From NCBI RefSeq assembly GCF_009914755.1, contig NC_060934.1: DNA of 64,000 bases, one strand, 5' to 3'. This document shows positions 32,340-48,339 of the stretch, one piece after another (the first letter of the stretch is position 1; every line of letters starts with the position of its first letter). The notes beneath the pieces were generated by a model. The model was not told where the DNA came from. It made no database searches and saw only the letters and a list, made by a program, of their open reading frames with translations. Source of the DNA: the human T2T-CHM13v2.0 reference genome, Homo sapiens. The position numbers and the translations under genes are program-made.

Positions 32340-32845
32340 CTATCATCCAGAGTCCACGTTAGGGTCCACTCTTGGTGTTGGACATTCTATGGGTTTCGAC
32401 GGATGTGTAATGACATGTATCCCCCACGACAGTAACACGCAGAGCACTTTCACTGCCCCAAGTCCTCTATCCTCTGCCTGTTCCTCCCTCCCTCCCTCCC
32501 CTGTCCCCTGGCAACCACTCATCTTTTTACTGTCTCCATAGTTTTGCCTCTTCTGGAATGTCAAAGAGTTGGGATCATACAGTGTGTAGCCTTTTAGATT
32601 GACTTCTTTCACAGAGTAATGTACATTTAAGGGTCCTTCATGTCTTTTCCTGGCTTGATAGCTCATTTCTTTCTAACCCTGAACCACACTTGATGGGATG
32701 AATCACAACTGATGGTTCCACTCACCTGCTGAAGGACATCCCAGCAGCTTCCAAGTTTTGGTGAGTATGAACAAAGTTGCTGTAAACATCCACGCGCAGG
32801 TTTTGTGTGGACACGTTTCCAGTTCCTCTGGGTAAAAACCCAGGA
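32340..32845 (-). mobile_element. L1MC/MD 3' region fragment
   Basis: CACTCTTGGTGTTGGACATTCTATGGGTTT..., CTGTCTCCATAGTTTTGCC, CAGCTTCCAAGTTTTGG. Confidence 0.85.
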
Positions 32846-32864
32846 GCTCAACCTCCACCTGTGT

Positions 32865-32927
32865 CTCTTAGGCAGCCCTCTTCTGCCGAGCTCTTCTCTT
32901 AGGCAGCCCTCTTCTGCCGAGCTCTTC
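32865..32927. repeat. Perfect 31-bp tandem duplication
   Basis: TCTTAGGCAGCCCTCTTCTGCCGAGCTCTTC at 32866 and 32897. Confidence 0.92.
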
Positions 32928-33204
32928 CTGCTCTTCTCGTCTCCAAGCCTGGCCCCAGTGCCCTGGCTCTTCTCTCTGCCTCCTGAGTCCTCCCAAGCCT
33001 GGCCCAGACCTCGGGCTCACACTCTCCTCCAGATGCTGCAGCGGTCATTGCCTAGAGACTCACTGAGCACCTGCTCCCTTGTTACCACTGATCTGCCGGG
33101 TGTGCGCGTTCTCTAAGGGACTCGTGTCTTCACAGGACAGACTTCATCGTGCTCCCCTGAGGCTTCTCTCAGGGCTCAGCAGCTTTGGGGGCCAACTTGA
33201 TGGG

Positions 33205-33771
33205 TAGTTTAGTTGATGGTTGCTGTGAGATCTCAGTTCTTGTCTTCTTAGTTTAAGGGAGTTTAAGCAAGAGACACACAGCAAAGGAGGCGGCATGTAT
33301 AGTGATTTAGTGCAAAAGAAAAACAATATGAGAAAAGTTTGGTGCAGAATGGACAGTACACTCTGAAAGAGAGGATTCGGGGTCGGCTGCTCATGAGGAT
33401 GAGACGGCAAAGACTGGAAGGAGGGAGATTCCCTCTATGGGAGTCTTCCATGATTACGCATGAGGAGGTGCGAGAGGCGTTGCTGGGAAGCTTGTTCCGG
33501 GTGCTCCTCCAGGTGCGCACGCGCAGTACCCGTCCACGCTTGTTCATACGTCGCCTGTCTCACTAGCGTCTTCAACGCCAGGGTCGGTGTGAGGACAGGT
33601 AAGCTCACAGTGCGCGTGCTCTCCAGAGGGGAAGGTCCCTACTGAAGATAGCTGTGCTCAAATGAGCTCCATTACACTGCCAATGCTGAGGCTTGCTGTG
33701 TCGACCGTACGGTCACCATGGTCGCCATGCCCCGAGGACCTGGTCACTTCCTTGACTACCTGTCCTGCCTC
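33205..33771 (-). mobile_element. ERV1 (MER4-group) LTR, possibly LTR29-like
   Basis: Reverse complement begins (T)GAGGCAGGACAGGTAGTCAAGGAAGTGACC; the other end has the GATCTCAGTTCTTGTCTTC U5-type motif. Subfamily uncertain. Confidence 0.65.
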
Positions 33772-34344
33772 GGGTTTGATGCCCACATTTACAGGGCACT
33801 TTGAGATGCTGCTGCTGCCAGAAATGAACATGTCATTAAGGTGTCACACTTGGCCCTCCTCAATCTATCCCATTGGGCCTCCTCTCTCTGATGGATGCCA
33901 TGGCAGTGCTGTGGGCACAGGCTGCACGGCTGCTGTGTGGTGTGGGTCCAGGTGCGGGAGAGGCAGGCATTGCAGAGAGACGCCCAGGTGCACAGGGGCG
34001 GCTGCAGGAGAGCTTGAGGCTCGGGGCCTGGGAGGGCTGGGAGGAGAGATGTCTCCACACAGCACGTGTGAGCCTAGCACGTGCTCATCACCGGGGAGAG
34101 GGTGGGGTGGGTGGAAGAGGTGTTGGTGGAGGGGGATCCAGAACAAAGGGCAGTGTGTCTGGCACTATGACAGTGAGTGCCGGGCGCTGGCCTTGGTGGG
34201 AACAGGCTGGCCAACCCACGTGGCACTCCTTGCCTGCTCCCCGTCCCCTGTGGGTCCCTTTGGTCGCTCAGGACCCCACACCTGCCCTCTCCAACCCACA
34301 CTCATCAGGCGCTCAGACCTGCAGCTTCCTAACCTGCTGCATGT

Positions 34345-34475
34345 GGCCTGGTCAGCGAGTTCAAATGACCAATTCCCAGGTCCCAGCCCAGACCTCAGGA
34401 TTACTGGGGAGGGGGCCGGACTCCGCATTTTAAACAAGGTTTCGATGACTCTGGAAGCCGCACTGTGAACCAAGT
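34345..34475. mobile_element. MER5-like hAT DNA transposon remnant
   Basis: ATTCCCAGGTCCCAGCCCAGACCT...GCATTTTAAACAAG. Confidence 0.5.
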
Positions 34476-34966
34476 CACTCCACTCTTGCTGGAACCAGTC
34501 TGTCGGCATCTGATGCCCTCCTGCCCACCACTCTGCTTTCCATTTTAGCGTCGAAAGTGGCTTCCAGCAGAGGACACTTGGGAGGGACACAGCCACACCC
34601 AGGACCCAAGGCCCGGGTGAGATCCGGAGGCTGTAGGAACGCTAAGGGGCGGTGCTGGTGGTCCAAGGACGTCCCCCGCAGAGTGGACCAGGAAGAACGT
34701 GTCAGAGGATCTCTGCGCCGCAGCATCTGGGTTGCATCCTGTGAGAGACGCCGCGGGAGCCCAGCAGCACGGCGTTTTCTGAGTGTGGCCCCATGGGCAG
34801 CAGCAGTGAGGCCTGCAGGGCGTGAGGGCCTCCCCTGCTGCTCCCCTGCCCTGTCACTCACCACATCCCGCATGTGGGGCCTCCCTGCTGGTGATGAAAC
34901 CTACCACACTTGGGCCACTGGTCATGATTCCTGCAATAACCAGCTCCCTGATAATTAAGATCTGTT

Positions 34967-35385
<419 letters not shown>

Positions 35386-35589
35386 ATTGTCGTATCGAAC
35401 AAAGTTCCTTAATATCTGGAATATGCTGACGCCTTTCTTCCTGGATCTATTCCTGAGAAGGTGGTCACTGAGCTTCCTCTTCCGAGACAGCCTGGCGCTC
35501 TGGACGCTTGGCTTCCGCTCGCTGGCTCGCCGACGCCCTCTGCTGTCCACGGTTGGGAGACCTGAAAGTCGCAAGAGCGTGCCCGAGAC

Positions 35590-36010
35590 AGGAGGCTGTG
35601 CGCAAGAAGACGTTTACAGCCGTTTTATTTGTAATAGCCCCAAACTGGAAAGCAGACGGGTGTCCTTCAACAGGAGAATAGATACATACACCGTGGCAAA
35701 TTTGTACAAGAGAACAATCTCCAGCAATAAATAAGAGCACGCCACTGATGCGCGTGGCAATTTGGAAACCTTCCACAGAACAGCACACGGATTGCATGGA
35801 TGCGAAGCTCCCCTCAACTAATCTATGGGGAAAATCATCAGAAAAAATGGGTGCCTCTGGGAGAGTAAGGGCAGGGACTAGCCAGAAGGGGCAGCAGGGC
35901 CAGGTGGAGACTCACTCGCCTCTGTGGATACTCTGGTCATGCGGCTTGGGGAGTGCGTGTCCCTTGAAGAGCCTGATCCAGAAACAGTGCCGTGTTTTCT
36001 GAAACTGAAT
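35590..36010 (+). mobile_element. Old L1M ORF2 3' fragment
   Basis: TTATTTGTAATAGCCCCAAACTGGAAA...TGTCCTTCAACAGGAGAATAGATA. Confidence 0.75.
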
Positions 36011-36347
36011 GCAACGAAGTGCGGCTTCATCCACTGAGTCACTGCCCATCCCCCCAAGGATCCCCAAGGAGGCGACGCTGAGTCCGGAACGCAGGAGGGA
36101 GACCGTTCTTCTTCCCGTGAGGAACATGCTCCAGGGTCCGGAGTCTACGGAAAAATAGGAGGGTTTGAGAAAGTGAAACCCGTTCATTTTCTGTGGAGCA
36201 GAATCAGCAAATGCTGTCTCGGGGGGCCCTGTGGGCCTTGGGAAGCATTTTGGACTAAACCAGAGGATAATGAGACACCACTGGAGGTTTACCAGCAGAG
36301 GCGGTGCCATGGGGTTTGCGTCTCTAGAAGATTCTATGGGGGATCAC

Positions 36348-36610
36348 CAGCACGCCCAGCTAATTTTTGTATTTTTAGTACGTTGGCCAGGCTGGTCTTG
36401 AACTCCTGACCTTCTGATCCACCCGCCTCGGCCTCCCAAAGTGCTGGGATTACAGGCGTGAGCCACCATGCCTGGTCCAAGTTTTGTATTTTTAGTAGAG
36501 ACAGGGTTTCACCATGTTGGCCAGGCTGGTCTCGAACTCCTGATCTCATGATCCGCACACCTCAGCCTCCCAAGTGCTGGGATTACAGGCATGAGCCACC
36601 GCACCCAGCC
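36348..36610 (-). mobile_element. Two tandem Alu left arms
   Basis: TTTTGTATTTTTAGTA...GGGATTACAGGC.TGAGCCACC occurs twice without right arms. Confidence 0.85.
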
Positions 36611-37752
36611 CATTTCTTTTACCAGTACATCAAAGACTCAACTGTTACCTCTTCAGATATTGCTTCTGGCTATTTCCTGTCTGATCTCTTCTGGAACACT
36701 AATTGAACATATATTAAACTTTTTTTTTTTTTTACTCTGTTCTCCATCTCTCTTAACCTCTCTTTCTGATTTTTAATTTTTTGTATCTCTGGGTTGCTTC
36801 TGGGTTCTTCTACCTGTTTTATGGTTCACTAATTCTTTCTTTGGCTGTGGCTAATTTGTTGTTAAACCTGGTTTTTAATTTTGATTATTATATTTTTTCA
36901 TTTCCAGAAATTCTATTGAGTTGCTTTTCAAATATGCTAGTCTATTTTATACAGTTCCTGTCTTTCCCCAGAAAATTTCGTCTTGCTTTTCATGTCTCTA
37001 ATCATAGTGTGCATAGTTTTAATATCTTTGTCTGGTAGTTTGAATATCTGAAGTCTTTCTAGGTCTGTCTGTCTTTTCCTTCCCACCCACCCCCTCCTAT
37101 TTCTTCTCCTGTTTTTCTTCTTATCTGATTCACTCCCATAATACCTTATTTTCTGTGTCATGATTGTTTTCAGCTGTCCTTGAAAAATTGCTTGTAGGTG
37201 TCCTGTGAGCCCTGCACGAAGCTGTCCCTCTAAAGAGGCTGGCATTTGCTTCTTCCAGGCGCCCAGGGGCCGTGGTAATCTGGGACCACTTTACATTAAT
37301 TACATTAAATTACAGGCTTAAAGAGTTCTCGGTCATGGGTGTGATCCAGGTCACCCGTGTGATGCAGCTTTGGACGTGGCTGGCTCATGCCTCTGTCTTC
37401 TCTGAAAAGGGTTTTCTCCTGCCCCTGCCCCGCTTGTCTTGCCATCCCTTGATGATGTGGGGTTGGGGGGTGTTACCTCTGATTCACCCTTACCCTCGGG
37501 GTGTAGCCTTTGGGGTTCTCAGTTTTATGGAGAGAGGGCTTCCTCCGACACTCCCCACTGGCTTGGCGTTTTACTCTTGTGCCTCTTGCCCTGAAAGACC
37601 ATTAAGAACTATGCTTAAGTACACTGGGGCAGGTGAATGCCCCCGTAGTAAAAAGAGCTGCCGTCTTCAGCCCACCCATCTTGTTCCTGCTTCGATTTAG
37701 ATTTTTGGCCTAGTAAGTCCTTGCCGTCTCATCACTTCTCTGATGAGTTTAA

Positions 37753-38149
<397 letters not shown>

Positions 38150-38686
38150 TAAGACAAATGTTTATTTTTATAACGATCCCAGCGGATATTCACATCATGA
38201 CCGTGGGTCTTTGCTGAGGTCTAGGCATCTTCGGTTACCAAGCAAACCTCCCCTCCCAACCTAACGTTAACACCTGGGGTGTGTGGACCACATTTCACAA
38301 AACACTCCTCTATATAACCCAGAATATTTGGAGTTTTAGAGGGTGGTCTTAGAGAGAGGTGAGAAGGAAGTGAGGTGGGAGGGAGCAGGAAGGGGGATGC
38401 ATGCACAGTGGGGTAGAGGCCAACGGCCTTTCCAGGAGCAAAGATGCCTAAGATTGCCTGTGCGGTTATTATTGTCGGATCCTTAGCAAATCTCTCCTTC
38501 CCATGAAAATTTTGTATTTGGGTTGGAAACGATAGAGGAATGAGGTTATCAAAAAAGGATTGTGATATGGAACCAACAACACGACCACACCCTCAGTCAC
38601 AAGCCCCGTGGTAGAGTGATCATTAGACACACGAGTCTCAGAAACCAAAAAGGCTGAAGCATGCTTTGTGCTTCCACGAGGCATGA

Positions 38687-39390
<704 letters not shown>

Positions 39391-39879
39391 CTTTCTTATC
39401 TACTACAAATCCTTGTCCCTACAACCACCTCTGGAGGTAGGAAGTGACAGGAATCATTATCCACATTTTACACATGCCGATCATGCTGTAAAAGAGACAG
39501 ATGGACAGAGACTTTGGGGAGAGCCCCACCGATGACTGCTCTTGTAAATGCTGCACATTTGCACACTACCTGGGAGAATCAGAGGCAAAGACAAAGATGT
39601 GAGACAAAGGGGTTGAGGCTGAAGGAAGCCCTCTGTCAGCACCGGCACTGCCCGTCACGTGGCAGCACTGATGCCCTGGCACCTCAGAATTATAAAAAAA
39701 GGGTGAAGCACCAATACTAGTGGCAAACATTTCACACAAAGGAAAATAATGCCACAATCACCACCCAAACACAGTAATTTCCAATTATGGACGTCTATTT
39801 CCATTTAGCACATGCAGGCAAATATGATGAGAGGGATTTAATGACCACTCTCTTGTCTCTGCTTTTTAAACTCAGTATC

Positions 39880-40675
<796 letters not shown>

Positions 40676-40964
40676 AAAATCTTGTTTCTGTATAGTCCTC
40701 ATATCCGTAATTTTACATGCATGGCTTTGAAACAGTTTCACATTTATGGAAGAGCGGCAGCAACAGTGACTGTACCCATGCTGCCCCTCAACCAGCTTCA
40801 CCCTCTTCCTTCTCTTCTTGCAAAAACACTGCTCTTCCATTGGAGCTTAATTCAAGTCTTTCTGAGCAGACACTCCTAGTCAGATAAGCGGTTTTCTCCT
40901 CGGCATTCTTGCAGGATTTCCTGACACTTCTCTTAGGACCTGGTTTTTTTCTACCCGTGGGTTC

Positions 40965-41738
40965 AGTATAGCAGATCACCCCACTCATTGTCTATTTTGA
41001 CTTCCTTCTGGCACCTTCCTGGATGTAGAGATTGAAGAGTTAAACGCCAGTGCCTCTGGCAGCTCTAGGCTTCCAGGTGCGATTCAGTTTCCACTAATCA
41101 AATGAAACTGAACAAGATCTGGGGTCAGGATTTGGTTAAGTGGGAAGTGAGGTTCTGCTGTGAGAGTCGTCATTTTACTGCTGTGGAGCTAATGGGTGTG
41201 GCATATTTCTGGGACCGAAAGTTGTGGTGCCTTCCTGTCCCCCGGAGGGAGTATAGCAGGTGTTGCCTGATCACAGAGCCAGTGGTGGGGTCGGTGGGTT
41301 TCTGAACACAGTCTTTTTTTTTTTTTAATTTAAAAGTAAACTTTAATGTCAAAAATGCAAACTTGGGGAGGACAGAAAGATCACACATAAGGCTGCCACT
41401 TCACACTTGGAGGGTTGCACAGCAGCCGGGCAGAGAGGCTCCTCATGTCCCAGATGGCAGGGGGGCAGCAGCCAGGCAGAGGCGATCCTCACTTCCCAGA
41501 CGGGAACACGGTCTTTTTTGAACTGTGTTTTTTCGAACTCAGTTCTTGTTTTTGTCACAGTAGGTGTTCCCTTGCTGGGCTGTCTCTGTGGGGTTATTCT
41601 GGGAGTGACATCCTGAGACCCGGCCTGGAGCCCATTCTTCCAGTCTCTTGATGATTTTATAAGCAGTCAATTTCTTGTTTGAAAATTATTTCTGCTAAAA
41701 ATTGTGTTGTTTCTTCATATGCATTTGACCTATGACAG
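40965..41738 (+). mobile_element. Ancient ERVL LTR (LTR33-like), probable 5' LTR of the downstream ERVL
   Basis: CTAGGCTTCCAGGTGCGATTCAGTTTCCACTAATCAAATG motif; followed by GTATTATTTCCTCAAGTGGTTG, resembling an ERVL internal start. Boundaries approximate. Confidence 0.5.
41314..41503 (-). mobile_element. SVA2-type retroposon (short VNTR, unique 3' region, poly(A))
   Basis: SVA-VNTR-like units (GGGCAGAGAGGCTCCTCA..TCCCAGA; CCAGGCAGAGGCGATCCTCACTTCCCAGACGGG), 3' region TGTGCAACCCTCCAAGTGTGAAGTG...GACATTAAAGTTTACTTTT on the minus strand, poly(T) on +, and TSD GAACAC(A/G)GTCTTTT at 41304 and 41504. Confidence 0.8.
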
Positions 41739-42700
41739 TATTATTTCCTCAAGTGGTTGTAAGCAATACATCCTCAGGGATGGGAGCCTGAGACGTATCT
41801 GCCTGGCTGAGTTTGAAGACAGGAGATTATCATTGTCTCGTTATGGCCAGCGTTGGGTCACCGTAGTGTATGGTCAGCATCGGTTACCATAGCGTGTGGT
41901 TAGCGTTTGGGCATCTGCATCCCCTGGGCATGGTGGCCTGGAAAGACACGTTGGCTGAAGGCCTGGCTTTGGCTGGCCAGGTGGCCCCTGTGAAGCACAG
42001 GATAATACAGAGCTAAATGCAAAGAGTGTGAGGGTCTTGGGCTGGAATGGTGGCCCTTGCCGGGGTCTGGGTAATTGTGAACACCCCGAGGAGACTGGTC
42101 CTGCTTTGCCTGAAGACTCACGGCAACCTCACCTGTGGTCGTCACAGGCCAGGAGGCTGCAGTTCCCTCTCCTACCTTCTCTGTGGTTCTGGGCCAGAAG
42201 GGTGGTTAGAGACTAGCCTGCTGCAGGGACCAATGACAAAGTCAAACCTGGGCAGAGAAGCTCACACATCAGAGGGGCTGCAGGAGCTGATCATGTATTT
42301 TGGCAAAATTGTGGGGAACCTATGAGGAAATGGATTCTGAGGGTGCCAGACCACGGACGGGGATGAGAACTTGAAAAAAAATGTAATCTGACGTGATCCA
42401 GACTTCCAGAGGATTGCAAGAATAGGGCAAAGAATTATTACATAGACTTCACTTAGATTCCTCAAATATTTTACCACATCTACTTCATAACTATGTATTT
42501 ATGCATGTGTACACATGTGTGTTTATACCATTTTATGTACATATACTTTTTTCAGAACCATTTGAAAGTAAATTATAAACATGAGGCCCTCTTTCCCCAA
42601 ATAATTTATTGTGTATTTCCTAAAAACAAGATGTTCTTATGTAACCACATAAAAACTGTTAAAATCAGGAAATTAATATTGGTATAATATTTGCTAATCA

Positions 42701-43133
<433 letters not shown>

Positions 43134-43717
43134 TCAGCCTGCTTTTCAGCATCTTGATATTTTTCTGAGCGCTGGGCTACAGTTATTTTGCAGCAATGTC
43201 CCTCAACTTCAGATGTTTGCTCATGGTATGAATTTGGGCAGAAATACCTCAGAAATGAAATTGTGTCTCAGTTCTCTTTTGAGGCTCATAGTTATTTGCC
43301 CTCTTACAGATGTTGTTAATGTTAATTTCTCGGTTAAACGGGTGCCTGCCAGGTTTCCCCTCTGTGAATATACCATATCCCCATTTGCTGTCAATAAGCA
43401 CCTTGGGAAGAGGTGCTTTGAGGCCACTTACGTATCCTACTTCTCCTGTTTCTCAGCTGACTCTCACTCAGTGCCGTTTCCTCTTTCTTGTGCTGCTATT
43501 GGGCGCACATTTTTCTCGACGCGGGTTTGCTCACTTGTGAGTAAGCAGAGATTCTGCGCTCAACGTACAAACTCCAACAATGGGAGCAGTTCCAAATGGG
43601 CATTTGTTTCAGTGAGATCTGAGCTCAGTGGTAACTTAAGTGGAAAGCATTTGAGAGGCAAGCAATTCCTTTATGTACACGAAAGCCTCTGAATGCTCAG
43701 GGACACAGGTGCATTGA

Positions 43718-44412
<695 letters not shown>

Positions 44413-44605
44413 TAACAGCTCTTAACTGCCAAAGCAACACAGGTGAAGTTACCTTAATTGTCAGAAGAATTGGGTGGTGATCAGAACGGCTTGACCCACA
44501 GGAGTGTTTTGTGGTAGTAAATTGCCACGCAGTTGCCAAGAGTGAAATAGATGGGAAGCCCACTAAGGGTCTATTTACCACTTTTTTTTTGTTTGTTTGT
44601 TTTGA

Positions 44606-44890
<285 letters not shown>

Positions 44891-45247
44891 TGACACATTT
44901 GATTGAAATAACAAACTCTAAGTTAAGCAAACAGAGCCAGAGCCTTCAGTCACTGTGTAGAAGTTCCAGTTCCTCAGTCCACGCCAGGACCTGAATCCGT
45001 TCACAGACCCACAGTCCCTTCAGTAAGGGAAAGGTTTGATGTCCCTGGGGAAGGATCCTATGCTAGCACCAGAAACATGTTTTTAGAAAGTTCCTCCAGC
45101 TTTTCCTAAAGAAACTGCAGCCAGGTTCCCTAGACCAGGCGCCGGGTAAAGGGGCGTATTCAGAGCTGTGGGAGATGACTGGACACTAACTCAGAACCAA
45201 CATGGATCACCAGGAGACAGAACCCAGTGACCTGTTGGGCAGAGTGA

Positions 45248-45529
<282 letters not shown>

Positions 45530-46482
45530 TGAGCCACCATGCCCGCCAAGAGTGAGGGTCTATAACGAGCAGAATGAACACAAGTTTTGCTGTGAGTCCA
45601 ACTCCCAGGGGGCCCAGTCCGTGACTCTAGTCTGTGGTTGTTCCTTTGCTTTTCAGAATAGAGTCAGAATAGACAGAAATATTCAGTGATGGATGGGATT
45701 CCCAGATCTGCTCCCTGATTCTGGAAAGATGGCCGTAAGGTGGAAAGTTCCTGGGATCCTGTGGGACCCCTGCCCGACACCACAACAGTAACCTCAAAGC
45801 ACTGTTGCCTACCTGGGGAGAATCACGTAGATTAGTGCCACATCAAAATCTCGAAACATTTGGGGGTGGTGATTTCTTTAATTCACTTTCTGGCCTGCGT
45901 GGAAACAGATGGATGATGGGGCAGGACTGTGAGTTATCCTAAGCTTTGTCAAGTCGTGATCTCAATTGAATGGCTACTGCGGATGGGGCATGTTGATTGA
46001 AACAATGGAGCAAATCAGTTCACTTCCCGGCATCTAGCATGTGACTATAGAACTGGCAAATGCATTTTATTTTCTCTGTACCAGCAATCACAGAATACCA
46101 GGAAGAGTTCACTTTCACACTGTAGGGACATCAGTACACCTTCACAGTCTTGATTCAACAGTAACCAAGTCTGTTCTGTGCCACATTTTAGTCCAGGGCG
46201 GCCTTTGTCATCCCCACCAAATGATGCTGATCAGCTGTGTTGCAAGCATCACAGCCACAGGACCTGATGAACAGGAAGTAGCAAGTACCCTGGACACCTG
46301 GCTAAAGGCACACGGGTGCCAGGTGAGGGGAGAAGATAGCCATGAAAGTTCGAGTGCCCCCTCAGCATCGTTTCTGGGGTTCAGAGGATGGGAACATGTC
46401 AGAAAGTCCTCCAAAGTGAGGGAGAGGCAGTCTGCCATAAGCTGTACGTGTCACTATTAAAACCTCTTTGAATATTGGAGGC

Positions 46483-46846
46483 TGATGTGGTTAGGCTTTG
46501 TGTCCCCACCCAAATCTCACCTTGCATTGTAATCCCCAGGTGTTGAGGGAAGGACCTGGTGGGAGGTGATTGGATCACTGGGGCACTTTCCCCCATGCTG
46601 TTCTTGTGATACTGAGTGAGTTCTCACGAGATTTGCTGGTTTTATAAGGGGCTCTTCCCGCTTCGTTCTCTCATCTCTCTCTTACCTGCCACCGTGTGAG
46701 ACGCACCTGCTTCCCCTTCCACTGTGATGGTAAGTTTCCTGAGGCCTCCCCAGCCATGTGGAACTGTGAGTCGTTGAACCTCCTTTCTTTATAAATTACC
46801 CAGTCTTGGGTATTTCTTTATTGCAGTGTGGGAACGGACTAACACA
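46483..46846 (+). mobile_element. THE1D/MSTA-type MaLR solo LTR
   Basis: TGATGTGGTTAGGCTTTGTGTCCCCACCCAAATCTC...GGACTAACACA; 5-bp TSD GAGGC. Confidence 0.92.
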
Positions 46847-47443
46847 GAGGCCATATATACAAAATTTGGGTGTGCTTTCCTATTTAACAAGGAACTTTGA
46901 GTGAGGTTCAGAGCAAGAGAAATGCTAGCCTGCTGACTAGGCTGCCAGACAAGCCTTTCTTCCACTTGGCCCTATGACGTGGTGAACCCATGGCAATCTG
47001 AGTGTCTGAGGAGTGTGAGAATGTCATATGGAGGGCCAGGCACATGGGGCTCACACCTGTAGTCCCAGCACTTCGGGAGGCTGCGGCACGTCGATCACTT
47101 GAGTGCAGGGAGTTCAAGACCAGCCTGGGCAATATAGTAAGACCTCATCTCTTAAAAGAATGTTGTGTGGAGCCTGTGGCAAACCTTGACAGAACAACCA
47201 CAATCATGGTTATTGATGAGTATTGTTGAGTGATCGCCTCATCAACAGGTCACCATTCCCTTTTGAGAAACAGCTGCTGGCTTGCTCATGGGTTGAGTAG
47301 ACAGCACATTTCACTGCAATTCACTAAAAGATCATGCAACATAAGCTGTCAATCAGTACCTGGTGTTGTCTGATCCACCAAGCCATAGAGATGGGCCTGT
47401 CCAACAAAACTATCATAAACATGGAGGCAGTACATGTGAGGTT

Positions 47444-47787
47444 TGTTATGGACTGAATAGTGTTCCCCCAAAATTCATATTTTGAAGGCCTAGACCCCGT
47501 TTGCAGACAGGACCTTTAAGGAAGTGAGGTAACCATCAAGGTTAAGTGAGGTCATCAGGGTGGGTCCTGACCCAATGGGACTGGTGTCCATAAGAAAAGG
47601 TGTGACACCAGACATGAGCACACACAGGAGAGACCACCTGAGGACCTGCAGAGAAGGCGGCTCTCTGTGAGGCAAGGAGAGAGTCCTCGGCAGAAACCAA
47701 CCCCATCAGCACCTTGATCTTGGACTTCTAGCCTCTAGAGCCGTGAGAAATACACTTCCATTATGACAGCCCGAACAGACTGACACG
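47444..47787 (+). mobile_element. MLT1B-type MaLR solo LTR
   Basis: TGTTATGGACTGAATAGTGTTCCCCCAAAATTCATAT...CACCTTGATCTTGGACTTCTAGCCTCTAGA...CAGACTGACAC. Confidence 0.85.
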
Positions 47788-48339
47788 AGGTTGTCCTCAA
47801 GCATATCCGAGACACCCTGAGACACCACATGAGCAGGAGGCTCGCCCTCCAAAGGCACCCACTCCCTCTGCAATCCTTGCTCCTCCACCTGCATTTTTGG
47901 TTTTATGGGGAGTTCCCTAAAACAAGCTGAGGAATGAAAAATGGAGCCTGGTGTACAGATGGTTCTGCATACTAGGCTGGTGCGGCGGGCCCGGGCTCAG
48001 CATCACAGCCCTACTCCAGCTGGCCCTGATGGACGTGGTGGAAAGGAATTCCATGCAGCTGGCCAAACTTCAAGCCTCACACCTGATTATCCTCTCCTTT
48101 ACCTGGAGGGACAGTTGATGATCAGGGGCTTAGAAGGCACAGGTTTGGAGGATTGGAGTTGAGGAGGTATGTGGACCGACAGACCGTGTGGAGGGGTCTG
48201 GAGGTGAGGGGGCTTTTGTGCTCCACGTGCGTGCTCCCCAGGACTCCTCCTGCACCTGCAAGCTCGGTGGGGGTGGGGGTGGGGGGCGTGGTTCAGGGGA
48301 TTCCCAGCTCTGCAGAGGTCGCCAGCTCTGCTGCTCTAT

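Noticed and set aside
33662-34958. 268-aa, 186-aa and overlapping ORFs in GC-rich sequence
   Set aside because: They begin in LTR sequence, overlap in several frames on both strands, cross a MER5-like remnant and show no recognisable domain.
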